Assembly: GCF_006345805.1 (NCBI RefSeq)
Contig: NC_043011.1
Coordinates: forward strand, 65,546,464 to 65,610,463
Reading direction: 5' to 3'
Length of the DNA: 64,000 nt
DNA from: Octopus sinensis
Lineage: Eukaryota
In this document: one piece after another, positions 1 to 14,100 of the stretch
Layout of the letters: each line of letters starts with the position of its first letter
Numbering within the stretch: the first letter of the stretch is position 1
Position numbers and translations under genes: made by a program
Notes under the pieces: model-generated
What the model was told of the DNA's origin: nothing
Seen by the model: the letters and a program-made list of their open reading frames with translations, nothing else
Database searches by the model: none

Positions 1-603
1 CAGGCTAACGTTCTCCGAAACGGTACTGACCCAAAATGCAGATTCTGCGACACATTTGACGAAACGATAGACCATCTCGTTTCGGGATGCCCTGTGCTGA
101 CACCAAACGAATACAAAAATCGCCACGATAGGGTAGGACAGTATATACATTGGAAGATATGTAAACACTACAAATCCGACACTCCTGCTAACTGGTATGA
201 ACACCATCCTCAGCCAGTTGTTGAAGGTAAAGATGTCACCATCCTCTGGGATTTTCCAGTCAACACTGACAGAACGATCAAGGCTAATCGACCAGACATA
301 ATTGTTAAAGACAGGGAAGAAAATACCTGCAGACTAATAGAAGTAAGCCTCCCCACTGATAAAAATGTATCTGTCAAGGAATTTGACAAACTTAGTAAAT
401 ATAAGGACCTGGAAATCGAAATACAAAAGATGTGGAATCTTAAAACAAAAACTGTTCCTGTTATTGTAGGTGCCCTAGGTATGATAAAAAAGGGATGTCA
501 GAAATACCTAGACAATATCCCTGGAAAACCATGTCTCAAGGAAATCCAAAACATTGTGCTAACAAGTGCTGCCCACATCCTTACAAAAACCCTATTTACA
601 TTG
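1..603 (+). mobile_element. 3' part of an RLE-type non-LTR retrotransposon ORF (R4/Dong-like): CCHC knuckle plus restriction-like endonuclease
   Basis: Frame 1 from base 1 reads QANVLRNGTDPKCRFCDTFDETIDHLVSGC (C-x2-C-x8-H-x4-C), then RHD, WDF, RPDIIV and K..KY..L, the PD-(D/E)xK layout. It runs without a stop directly into a (TAA)n array. The window edge truncates the 5' part. Confidence 0.85.
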
Positions 604-1349
<746 letters not shown>

Positions 1350-1482
1350 GCTTGTATGCTTGTACAGATGAATTATGTTCCATCTTGCGGGATGTTTATA
1401 TGTATATTCTATGATTAAATGTTCGAATTATGAAATTCTATGCGGATGAATTTGCATTTGTTTGTTCAATAACTTTAATTTG

Positions 1483-1517
1483 ATATATATATATACATAT
1501 ATATATATATGTACATA

Positions 1518-1604
<87 letters not shown>

Positions 1605-1614
1605 GTATATATGA

Positions 1615-1684
<70 letters not shown>

Positions 1685-1743
1685 CAATTGTTTGTTGTTT
1701 TCCACCTGCCTTCGTATTTTGTCTATTTTCATAAAGCTTCCCG

Positions 1744-1776
<33 letters not shown>
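1483..1776. repeat. (TA)n microsatellite cluster
   Basis: Read directly. Confidence 0.97.
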
Positions 1777-1779
<3 letters not shown>

Positions 1780-2703
1780 TAAGAATTTAAAATAGAAAGA
1801 ATCGTCATATAACATTCTCCATCAACTAATAGATTTATACCAATTTAAATCAACCGGAAAAGCGATTATTTTTATGCCTTTAAGACATTCAACTAGTCAT
1901 TTGTATATTAAAAAAAAGCTCAATTTAGCACTAAACAATGTTTAAGTCCCTGTTTTTGATAAAAACGAACACTCTGGCCAGTTGGCAAATAATAAAAACA
2001 AGAAGTAGTATGCGATATAGATTGATGCAAAAAATTGAACAAGTAGAAAGATCCGAGTCAACATTGCAGAAAGTACAATTCATGCAGCTGGTATAAGACA
2101 AAATGACAGAAAATATGTCAAATCGGCAGGGAGCAACTCAACGTGGAAGGGGTTACATTTGTGTTTCTACAAACGAAATGCAATGAAATTTTCACACTTG
2201 CTAAAGACTTTGGCCTCGGATTAAGCAGCCTGTCCGAATTTATGGATCAATCAAAACTATGGATTCATTTTGTTCCACAGACTTTGTATTCCGTAGGCCC
2301 GTTAATATATGACATAGGTTTCTCCACAATTCTCCACTTGAATGTATGTGGTGTGAAGATAGTCTTCAAATTAAATATGTGACTACCCAACATAGATGCA
2401 TTAGTTTTGTGGATGTGCCGGACAATATATATTACTGATATACTTTATATTTTCAATTAAATTATCTAGAAGAGTTGCTGTTACTTCTGACTGATGTATG
2501 ACTAATTTTATAATACACACCTGGTGAAGTGGGAACGTTTCACGGTCTCGGACAAAATGATGTTATTTAAGCCCCAAGCATAACGGTGACAATCAAAATT
2601 AGTGAGAAAAAGTATAATGTCTCTATTACACTTTAATGGGGAACATATAGCTTCACTTCTCTGTCTTTATTCTCATGAAGAACAAATGAGAGATGTATGT
2701 ATG

Positions 2704-2754
<51 letters not shown>

Positions 2755-3300
2755 GGGGGGCGTTTCAATGTGTACAAATGACACATAAAAAATAGATAGA
2801 TAGTTGCCAGGGTAGGTAAAATTCACAATATGCCAACGATGTTACTGCCTACTTATAAAGGTAGAAATTCCAGAGTTTACGGAAGTGCTTTTGATTAAAA
2901 TAGATAAATTAAGAAATGGTGTTAAACCCAGGTGTTATTCAAATATTTATACTTCCGACATATGTTTCGAATGAAATATTGGCAATATTCCAGGGGGAAT
3001 AAAATGATGTTAAACAGCATAATCATTTCGTCAGGGAAAACAGATACAAAACACATCAATAAGCCATTTTAACCGAATGTGTTTACCGCAAGAAGAGGAC
3101 GCTGTTAAATTTTTGTCTAAGAAAAAGAAAGTTAATATATTAAACGTGAAAGGCAATACAGACAAAGAGAAGGCGGCGGTAAAAACAAGTTAATAGAGAA
3201 TTAAGACGGGAGAAGTGTAATGCGATAGAGGCGTGGAAATAAGCTTAAAGTTTGGTTGATAATTCCATATGGTAAGCAGATCCAATGTAGCCTCATTTAC

Positions 3301-3313
3301 CAGTTTTGTGAAG
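3301..3313 (-). CDS. Putative 13-nt microexon, paralogue 0 of the small Cys-peptide family
   Basis: Minus strand: tatttatcttatag|cttcacaaaactg|gtaaat. Phase 1 to phase 2. After the signal exon it reads T-S-Q-N-TG, where TG would complete Cys17 as in paralogue 1. Confidence 0.5.
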
Positions 3314-3661
3314 CTATAAGATAAATAGCCTCCCCGCCCAATTCAAGATACTATTCAATTATCAATTCGTACCGAATAAGAATAGGGTTTTCAAACACCA
3401 AAAACCTTTCATAAATCATCTCTTCACATAACAATAATGAATATAATAACGTTGATATTATTAACACTAACAATTCTTTGAACAAGAATAACAACAGTAT
3501 TAGGATTTCTGATATAAATTCGAATCACATTCGTTTCCTTTGCAGTAATTCTAAGACTAGAAACTCTGTTTATCAAAGTAAAATTCCTTCCGGTGCTTAG
3601 GTCTTTTTTTACATAGTTGTCCAAACGAATACGTAACCATTATTCTACATTTAAAAACATG

Positions 3662-3901
3662 TTCCTTTTCGAGCCATGCCAGGCCCATAAGGGCTGGTTT
3701 CCCAGTTTCAGTGGCGTAGAAATTCCCCAACTCCACGGGACGCCGGTCCGTCGCAGCGTTACTCATTTTTGCCAGTGGACTGGAGCAATGTGAAATGAAG
3801 TGTTTTGCTCAAGAACACAACGTATCGCCCGGGCCAGGAATCGAAACCAAAACCTTACGATCATGAGTTCAACACCCTAACCACTAAGCGACGCACCTCC
3901 A
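3662..3901 (-). mobile_element. tRNA-derived SINE
   Basis: Minus-strand head with A-box-like gcttagtgg and B-box ggtttcgattcc, followed by gttcttgagcaaaacactt. Its 3' part resembles 30560-30605. Confidence 0.8.
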
Positions 3902-4744
3902 CACTCTACATTTAGAGATATGAATACACATAACAACATTCACAGCCCTGTCACATCAGTCAAGTTGCCAGATCATGCTTACAGCTTCGACCGTTTAGAC
4001 TTGAGATTGATCAAATCTGGCTGGACCCAAAATTCTAATCTAAGAGCATTGACTTTTGGTCGTGGTAGGGAAATGCACGAGAATGTGTACGATAACAAAG
4101 ACAAAAAGAAAATGGAGAAAATGCTACACAATTACAAATACAAACAATGAAATATTACAACGGGTGCCTTTCGACCACAAAAGCGGAATCAGTTTAGCTG
4201 GCGTATTTAGAATGAAAGACTTGAAGGAAGAACATAGGAGATGAACATGAAGGAAGGAAGTCTTGAGAAAAGAATACAAGTGATGCTTCGGCTGTCGAGC
4301 CAAGAAAGAACATGCTCGGACGAAGACAGGTCACGTGTAAGAAAAAGCGAGACGTAGGGGGAAGAGGGATCGAAGAATAAGGGGTAAAAGAGAAAGAGAG
4401 GAAATCAAAGGGATATAGGGAATGGTACAAGGGAAATGAACGAGTATAGAAAGAAAGGGGATCACGGAAAGAGAAGGTCAAGGAATGTAAGTAAGGGGGA
4501 GCGAGGAACAGAAAGAAGGAACATAGATAAATAGATAAATAGAGAGAGAGACAGAGACAGAGATAATGGTTGATAATAGTTAGATAAATATGAAAGAAAA
4601 GAAAATAATATATGAATAAATATAGTTGTTTTATGAGAATTCTACAATTTAAATGCTAGGATAATAGATGCCCTCATTGATATAACTATCGCCATTTCAG
4701 ATACTAATACCTATTCTAATAAAATACTTAACATATGTACTTAC

Positions 4745-4781
4745 TAAAAAGCATTAGAAAAATAAATAGAGAGGATTTCAT
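4745..4781 (-). CDS. Putative first coding (signal-peptide) exon, paralogue 0: MKSSLFIFLMLF + 1 nt
   Basis: ATG at 4781, hydrophobic run and phase-1 GTAAGT donor at 4744. The upstream tgtctgcagacgacttc (acceptor-like) is shared with 47540-47560, and intronic 4940-4990 resembles 47660-47700. Confidence 0.62.
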
Positions 4782-5202
4782 TATGCCGTTGTCTCAGGTA
4801 GAAACCATCAGGTTTGCTCAGATTGAAGTCGTCTGCAGACAATTTTTTCTGAAATAAATATGCACGAAGTAACACATGTTTTGCTCTCAATATAGGTATA
4901 CGCTAATTGCTCTTAATATTTCTTCATATAGAAATGTTTGACATGGAATATTCTATATGTGACTTTTGAAGAATTTATGTACATATTCATATTTCTTGTG
5001 TCATCCTGGTCATTACTGAGAATTGACGCGCCTGCGCGATCGCATTCAAGTCTCATTATGTGTGATGTATCACAATCCAGGCTTACGAATTGAATAAGTC
5101 GTTTGTGAAACCTATTTTATTGACTGTATCCCTGTAGCTAATAGTGTTGATAGGTCAGGGTCATCCCGTCCTCGGGATTATAGAATGTATAAAACAGATG
5201 TA

Positions 5203-5243
<41 letters not shown>

Positions 5244-5247
<4 letters not shown>

Positions 5248-6074
5248 TAAGCAATTAAGGGTTTAGCAACGAATTGCCTCACCACACACCGAATTTAGAA
5301 ATAGCAGCCAAAGAGTTATAGCTATTCTTTCTACTAAAAGGGAGATCTCAGTAAAAACACAGCACTTGAATGGCAAACACAGACAGGTAAGAGAGAATGA
5401 AATGACGGCAATCTATCATACAATTTTAAGTCACCTACTTGGTGTAATTAATAATTATTCCAAATTAATTAATTTCACCCTATATTATTACTGATAACCA
5501 TATTTCATCCCAGTAAATGACCGCAGCATCTTGTCTTGGCTACACGCGGGTGGGAAGGGGCTGGTGACACAAACTTTCATTCACACTTTGAATTTGGTGA
5601 TACTGGTAACGGCTTTTAGCTCGCTCTGATACTGAGTTGAGTTGATGCCTTCTAGTATCTCGAAATTTAATATACAATTATCCATAATTGTAGTGTCCTA
5701 CGCTGATGAGAAAAGAAGTTGGGTAAGATATAATTATCTAATTCTTATGCTTTCCTAAAACTTAATTTCGAAACGTACGTCCGTAGGTGAGTTAAAATTG
5801 TATGATAGATTGCCGTCATTTCATTCTCTCTTACCCGTCTGTGTTTGCCATTCAAGTGCTGTGTTTTTACTGAGATCTTCCTTTTAGTAGAAAGAATAGC
5901 TATAACTCTTTGACTGCTATTTCTAAATTCGGTGTGTGGTGAGGCAATTCGTTGCTAAACCCTTAATTGCTTAGTATTACTTAAATTTTCCTCGAATGAG
6001 GCTTTTACATGCCGAAATCTACTTGGTGTAATTAATAATTATTCCGAATTAATTAATTTCACCCTATATTGTTA

Positions 6075-6080
<6 letters not shown>
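5244..6080. mobile_element. Non-autonomous foldback element between (TA)n tracts, carrying a hammerhead (Penelope pLTR / retrozyme-like)
   Basis: 195-bp inverted arms at 5244-5438 and 5783-5977, plus a 62-bp direct repeat at 5435-5496 and 6019-6080. No ORF. Confidence 0.75.
5697..5787 (+). ncRNA. Type I hammerhead ribozyme, canonical core
   Basis: Stem I CCTACG (5697-5702) pairs with CGTAGG (5782-5787). CTGATGA at 5703-5709, long stem II GAAA...TTTC, GAAA at 5770-5773, palindromic stem III CGTACG, and GTC cleavage triplet at 5779-5781. Confidence 0.85.
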
Positions 6081-6380
<300 letters not shown>

Positions 6381-6824
6381 TTAATCTCAAGACTTTTGAA
6401 CTCTACAATCCTACTATACTACTCTTTTACTACCATCGGAGGATAAATTTATACAAATCTATATACAACCTGAAGAAAGAGGAACAACCCAAAACTAAAT
6501 ACTAAACTCAAGACTAGTTCTAAAACTAGTCCCGTGAGTACAATTCTTTTTTCTTGGTCTGTATCAAACACACCGCTCATCCCGATTGTACTAATTAGAT
6601 TGTACTAATTACACTGAACTCTCACACACACAAGCTACGAATTTCCGAGTATATCGACAGAAACTTTCCAACGGTGTATTCACTATTTACCGAGTATATT
6701 GACACAAACTTTTCAACAGTGCGTTCACTATTTTACATCAAGCCATCAATAACTGGTGTACACATACATACACACGCATACACATACATACATATATATA
6801 CTACACAACACTACCCCACTGAAT

Positions 6825-8085
6825 ATGGCCAATAATTTTCAAAAATGCCGCTGGGTTGAAAATGAAATGATTAACGCTTGGTTCATCCATCACAACGAAG
6901 CTAATGTTTATAGCAAAATAACTGAGGATTTAACGAAAAAATCCTTTCACAGATCTGTAAAACAGATAGAAAATAAATTAAAAGAAATTGTTAGGATATT
7001 CCCTATTTTTCACGCGCACATGGCTACACTAAAGGCCATTCTTGCCAACGAATCCAGTACAACAAATGACCAAATCCCAACAGGTCAGGGGTCACGTCAA
7101 CAGCAACAATCAACTGACCTACTTCCATTGACAACAGCACCTGATCAACCAAGTCAAGTCTCACCTTCGCTACAGCAACAAAAACAACAACAACAACAAC
7201 AACAATACTACCACTAGTCAAGTTCCAATGCTGCTACAACACCCCACTACTGCCACAATAGGAAAATCACTACTACATCCGCGTAAAACTATCTGCCACT
7301 ACTACTCTCAAGGCAGCTGCAGATTTGACCACATACTGGCAAGCCAGAACCCACCATCAAAAACTCAACAAGCTGCTTCTAACACCACCACCATCACCAC
7401 TACTACTACTGCCAAAATAGAAAAACCACTACTACAACCAAATAAAACCCCCTGCCGTTACTATTCTAAAGGCACTTGTAGATTTGGCCCCAGCGGCACA
7501 AACAAAAATGGACGCTGTGCTTTTCCCCACCCGACCTTATGTCGTAGACTTGCTATGGGAACCTGTCCATACGGTATAACAGGAAAAAATTGCCCCCACC
7601 TCCACCCCAAATACTGTCCTAAATACAGAATCTATGGTTCTGACCCTAAATACGGATGCATAAGAGGCAATGGATGCACCTTATTCCATCCTAAACTGTG
7701 CCAAACTTCTGTCTCACAAAGGATGTGCCTGAACCCAGAATGCAACAACCACCATCTGAAGGGCACAAAACGATCACAGAATAGATATGAACAGGAACAG
7801 AGGAAATCTAGGACAACAACAAGAACAAAATACAACCACGTTTCCCCTCCTACAATCAAACTACGTAGACAGAACCAGGAAAAAACACCAAATAACGCCA
7901 ACTTGAAATATGTATCCTCTGACCAAGTTGCAAACCAAACAAGTAACTCTTTTTTACTGACATACCTGGAAAATATGAAGGCCGACCTAAGCCAGGAGAT
8001 CCAGCGAGCCATCACCAACCATCTATGCAAATCACAAGGACCACTCACCCATTACCAACTTCCCTTACCTCGACATTCCTGTTAA
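6825..8085 (+). pseudogene. LINE ORF1: Myb/SANT-like N-terminus, poly-Q linker, tandem CCCH-like zinc fingers; frameshift in the (CAA)n tract
   Basis: MANNFQKCRWVENEMINAWF...YSKITEDLTKKSFHRSVKQIENKLKEI; then CRYYSKGTCRFG...CAFPHPTLC...CTLFHPKLC...CLNPECNNHH in the 7228-8085 frame. Confidence 0.75.
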
Positions 8086-10995
8086 ATTTACGTGGCATCA
8101 ACCCATCAATTATTGCCCAAAAATGGAAGATCCCATATATAGAGAGTTGGCTTGCCGAAATGGCACATTGCTTCCCTTTCTTTATCCTTACCGAGACTCA
8201 CTTGAACAACACCCATATGGACGCAGAGGTGAAAATAAAAGATTTCACCATTGTTCGTGCGGATCGCACAGACCAAAATAAGGGAGGGACAGCCATCTTT
8301 ATCCATGACTCCTTTTCACTTGATGCCAAGGACACATTTTCCAATGGCTACTGTGAATCGGTATCAGTATACAACAAAGCCAAGGACATAACCATTGTTG
8401 GTCTTTACAGGCCTCCCCAGGCACCTCTAAAGTACTTTGAAGAGTGCCTTAGCAAAGTCAAGTCCTTCCTTCGGAAGTACCACTCCGGAAACCTAATAGT
8501 GATGGGTGATTTTAACCTCCCTCATGTGAACTGGCCCACAAATACTCCGAAGTTAGGCAAGTGCTCGACATCAGATAGGGCAGCAGCAGAACTGCTCTTT
8601 AATCTGATGGATGAGTATTTCCTGACTCAGCTAGTGCTTGAACCAACGAGACAGAATAAAACGATCTTGGATCTGGTACTGACCAATCACTCTAGCTACG
8701 TTCACAGCATTTCAGTCGAAAAAACTCTCCTCTCAGACCACAACATGGTACTCTGCAATCTTAATTCCCGACGTATAAAAACCAAACCAGCCAATCCCAC
8801 TCCATGGCACCCATTTGACAACATACATTTCCACAAAGCGGACTGGGGAACAATCAGAAAGGATCTGTCTTCCATCGACTGGTCTTTTACTCTCAATTCC
8901 CCTCATATTGAGACCGCGTGGCAGCACTTTGAAACCATTGTCACCGACACATGCTCTAAACACGCTCCCAAGAAATCTAATAACACAAACAGAAACCGGC
9001 TCCCTAAAAAGAAAAAAACACTCATCAGGCGCATCAAAAGACTCAACAAAAAAATCAACCAATTAAAATATTCCCACACGCAACATCCACATTCAACAAC
9101 AATAAAAAGAATAGAGCTGGAAAAACTTCATCTGCAGACTAACATGAAAACCTCCATTGAAAATCAAAGAGCTGTGGAGGAACAATGGGTAATCAAAAAC
9201 ATCAAACAGAACCCCAAAGTGTTCTATTCTTATGCAAATAAGCACAGAACCACTGTCTCACCTATTGGGCCATTGATTGATGAAAACGGCATTCCCCAAC
9301 ACGATGCTAAAGAAATGGCAGAAACAATATTGCTCTGTCTTCAGTGTTCCCACTGATATTGATGTGAGGGAAACGAACGAAGCTGACTCCCAACACAAAA
9401 TCGCAGACATAACCTTCACTGCCACCGACATCGTAGAGGCAATAAATGAGGTCAAACATTACTCCGCTGTAGGCCCTGATAGATTTCCCGCCAGTCTCCT
9501 GAAGGAATGTAGATATCAACTTGCAGTCCCTCTGACCAACCTCTGGAGAAACTCGTTAGACGCAGGTTATATACCGAAAAAGTTTCTATCCCAGTCGGTC
9601 ATCCCGGTTTTCAAACAGGGAAACAGATCCCTCGCACTCAACTATCGCCCAATCTCACTCACCTCCCACATCATTAAAGTGTTTGAAAGAGTGTTAAGAT
9701 CAAGGATAGCTGACTTCCTGGAGACCCACAAACTCCTAAATTCAAATCAGCATGGCTTTCGCTGTGGCAGGGACTGTCTAACACAGCTCTTACACCACAT
9801 TGAAGATGTACTCAAAGCCTTGGGAACAGGTTCGAACTCTGACGTCATATACCTTGACTTCAGTAAAGCGTTCGACAGGGTAGACCATAACATCCTACTC
9901 TCAAAATTGGCAAATGTTGGAATCCGTGGAAAAGTTCTACACTGGATTCAGTATTTCCTAGCGAATAGAACACAACATGTTGTAGTTGATGGAGTCCACT
10001 CAAACCCAGCAAAAGTCACCAGCGGTGTTCCCCAGGGAACTGTTTTGGGTCCGCTCTTCTTCATAATTTATGTAAACGACCTTTCCAGTGTCGTACATCA
10101 CTGCAAAGTGAAAATATTCGCTCATGACACTCAGCTCCAGCAAATCGTCAATGAAGAAGGAGACCGAACTCAACTCCAGTCTGACCTATATGCTGTGAGT
10201 CAATGGGCAGACAGAAACAAAATGCAACTGAATGAGGGAAAATTTGAGCTGATGCATTTTGGAAGAAATTCCTCACTAAAACAACCATACTCTCTTCCTT
10301 CAGGGGAACCGCTCACAGCCTCTAACAATATCAGAGACCTGTGTGTAATTGTTGATGACGATCTCAGTTGGAGTGAACACATCAACAAGAAGGTCGATAC
10401 AGCTCGTAGGATGAGTTCCTGGATCTTAAGATCTTTCCGGTCCAGAGAACAAGGTGTCATCATACCACTTTTTTCATCCTTTGTACGGCCACACCTTGAA
10501 TACTGCTGCCCACTGTGGTCTCCTCACACAAGACAAAACATCTCCAGAATTGAGTCACCCCAGATGGCTCTCACTAAACAAATTGAAGGCATGGCTGCTC
10601 TCGATTATTGGGATCGCCTTAAAGCCTTGAAACTTTACTCCCTCCAGCGTCGCCGTGAGCGGTACATCATTTGTACGATGTGGAAAATATACCGCCAACT
10701 TTGCCCAAACGACCTAAACATTAGCTTCAAGTTTCATCCGAGACTTGGACCACGGGCTATACGTCCCCTGCCAAATTCAAGATCACAACATACATGTACA
10801 CTGCAACATAATTTCTTTTCCTCAACAGGCCCTGCCCTATTTAACATTGTCCCGAGGGAGTTCAAAGAGGAAAAGGATCCCATCAACTTCAAACAGAGTC
10901 TGGATAGATTCCTTCAAAGAATACCTGATAAGCCACCCATAATTGGATACAACTCACCCAACAAGAACTCACTACTTGAACAAAACTTGACTTAA
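8025..10995 (+). pseudogene. LINE ORF2, APE endonuclease plus reverse transcriptase, one frameshift near 9320
   Basis: EN motifs LTETHL, YRPP, MGDFN, LDLVLTN, SDH. RT motifs NYRPISLT, QHGFR, YLDFSKAFD, GVPQGTVLGP; the catalytic FADD is mutated to FAHD. Confidence 0.92.
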
Positions 10996-11102
10996 ACAGG
11001 ATTCGAATAATCCTATCAGGTGGTGCTATTAAGTTAGACATGGCCTGGACCAATCTCTGGTCGAAACATATCTAAGTTTTTATCTAAGTTTTATATATAT
11101 AT

Positions 11103-14100
11103 AACTTGGAATAACTTAGAAAGGTTTTGGCCAGTATTGTGCCCGGCCATGACTTAATAGCACCACCTGGCGAAGTCTTTCAATTCAGGATTTGGGCACC
11201 AAGGCCCATTCGTGCAGAGAGTTATTGTTTGCGGAGACATATCCGGGTGTGGGTGTTTTGTCCGGGACTGTTTGAAGGAATTTGTCCAAATACTTCTTGA
11301 ATTTTATGTGGTCAGTTTCTTTTTTGATGTGTCCTGGTGTAATGTTGAAGAGAGCGGCTCCAATTGAGGTGAAATAGTTGTGCCGTATTGTCGTTATGTG
11401 ATGCGATTTAGCTTTTTGTTGTGGACGGATGGCACGTGGTCCAAGCTTTGGATGTATTTTGAAGGTGATGCCAACATCATTCGGACAGTGCTGATGGAAT
11501 ATTCTCCACATCATACAGATAATGTAGCGTTCACGGCGTCGTTGGAGTGAATACAGTTTCAGCTTCTCTAGTCTACCCCAGGAATCATGGTCTGACATGC
11601 CATCTATCTTTTTTGTGATTGATCTTTGGGGAGCTTCAGTTCTCATAATATTTTGTTTTGTGTAGGGAGACCAGTAGACAGCAGTATTCAAGTTGGGGTC
11701 GGGCAAAAGTGGAGAAGAGAAGGATAATAGTGTGGGAATCTCTAAACTGGAAGGTTCTGAGAATCCAGGAACACATTCTGCGGGCCATGTCAACTTTGCT
11801 GCTTATATGTGTAGCCCAGCTTATGTTGTTGTCCACTGTTACTCCCAAGTCTCTAATGTTGTTGGACGCCTTGAGAATTTCTCCAGAAGGAAGGGAGTAT
11901 GGGAGTTTCAGAGCGTCCTCCCTTCCAAAGTGGATCAGTTCGAATTTGTCTTCGTTTAGCAGCATGTTATTCTTTTCCGCCCATTGGACAACAGCCTGTA
12001 GGTCTGACTGAAGGCTTATTCGGTCATCCACGCCATTGATGACCTTCTGGAGCTTGGGATCATCAGCGAAGGTTCTGATGCTACTGTGTTTGATGGTGTC
12101 AGTAATATCATTTATGTAGATGATGAAGAGAAGTGGGCCCAACACAGTGCCTTGTGGGACACCACTGCTGACTTTGGCTGGGCTGGATTTGACTCCTTCG
12201 ACTACAACATGTTGGGTTCTGTTAGAGAGGAAGCACTTGATCCACTGCAGCAGCTTTCCAGTGACACCAATATTGGACAGCTTTCTCAGAAGGATCTTAT
12301 GATCAACCCTGTCAAAGGCCTTGCTGAAATCAAGCTAGATGACATCAGTGTTGGAACCCTCTCCCAAGGCTCTCAAAATGTCATCAAAATGATGCAGTAG
12401 CTGCGTCAGGCAATCTCTCCCATTACGGAATCCATGCTGGTTGGGGTTCAGCATATTATGACTCTCAAGGAAGTGAGTCATACGCGATCTCAGCACTCTC
12501 TCAAATACCTGAATGATATGAGAGGTGAGTGAGATTGAACGGTAATTCACGGCAAGCGTTTTGTTTCCTTTTTTGAAAACTGGGACAACAGTCTGGGATA
12601 GGTCTTCTGGTATATATCCAGCATCCAGTGAGTTCCGACACACATTGGCTAGAGGGGTTGCAAGTTGGTTTTGACACATTTTCAGGACACAAGCAGGGAA
12701 CCTATCGAGACCTACTGCTGAATTATGCTTCATTTCCTTTATTGCTGCTAAGACATCAGGAGCGCCAAAGGTTATGTCCGATAAAGTGTATTGGGGAGTA
12801 ACATCACTGATACAGCCCAGATCAGTCATATCAGGATTGCTGAAAACAGAGCAATATTGTTTCTGCAATATCTCTCCCATGGTTTTGGCATTGTCTTGAA
12901 GAGTACCATTTTCATCAATCAGAGGGCCAACAGTAGAACCAGTGATTCTGTGTTTTTTTTGCAAATGAAAAGAACACTTTGGGATTGAGTTTGATCTTCT
13001 CAATGGCCCAGGCCTCGTCAGCTCTTCGCTGACTATTGATGATAGACATCATGTTGTGTTGGAGTTTGTTTTTTAATCTCTAGCGACGAGATGGCAGTCA
13101 GGTTGGTGTGTTGCTGTTGATAGTATTTCAGCTTGTTGACTTTTTTGCTAATTCTTTTAATTTTCCTGATGAGAGATTTTCTATTTTTAGGGATTCGACA
13201 CTTAGATTTGTTTGCAGATATTAATGGGGTGTGTTTTGCACATATGTTCGTAATGGTGTCTACAAATGACTGCCTGGACTTTTTGATGTTAGTGGGTGTG
13301 TATGTGTGCGTGAAGGACCAATCGACTTGTGCAAGATCATTATTGATCTCTTCCCAGTTTGCATTGTGGAAATCCATAGTGTCAAATGGATGAACAGGAG
13401 GGATGACATTTTTTTTTGCATTTTGGCCAGTGAAATCTCAGATCACAGAGAACCATGTCATGATCAGAGAGTAGGGTTTTCTCCACTGCAATATTGAGGA
13501 TAGTATCAGTGTGATTGCTGAAAATTAAGTCTAAGACGTTTTTATGACATCTCGTTGGTTCGAGTACCAGTTGGGGCAGGAAGAAATCATCCATGAAGTC
13601 AAGAAGCGATTCCACTGCCTCCCTGTCAGGGGTTGAGAGAGAAGAATCTGGCGGCAGACTGTTTGTAGACCAGTCAACCTCGGGAAGGTTGAAGTCTCCC
13701 ATCATTAAGATGTTGTCATGGTTGATACTGCTGAATGAAACACTTTATGTTGTTGAGGCATTCCCTGAAGCATGGTAGGGGCGTTTGGGGTGGTCTGTAG
13801 AGCCCAACTACTGTTAAGTTGTTGGTTTGACTGAATAGAGCGACTGCTTCGCAGTATCCATTGGAAAATATGTTCATGGCATCTGTTGAGAATGAATCAT
13901 GAACGTAAATGGCAGTCCCACCCTTTCTTCTGCCAGCACGATCAGCACGAATGGCTTTGACATTTTTAACTTTCACCTCAGCTTCCAAGTGAAGGTTACT
14001 AAGATGGGTTTCAGTGAGGACGAAGAAAGGGATGTGGTTTGGATGGGCATCGACCCAGTCCTCCAGGAATTTTATCTTCCATTTTTGAGTATTGGTGGAA

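Noticed and set aside
1940-2382. Hydrophobic minus-strand translation resembling GPCR or Cys-loop receptor TM segments, and the plus ORF 2143-2382
   Set aside because: Interrupted by stops, no diagnostic motif and no supporting splice sites; AT-rich DNA gives hydrophobic translations by chance.
3840-3901. tRNA-like sequences with A and B boxes (also 14822, 30313, 54220, 60660)
   Set aside because: These are SINE heads followed by SINE bodies, tails or TSDs; none forms a complete cloverleaf.
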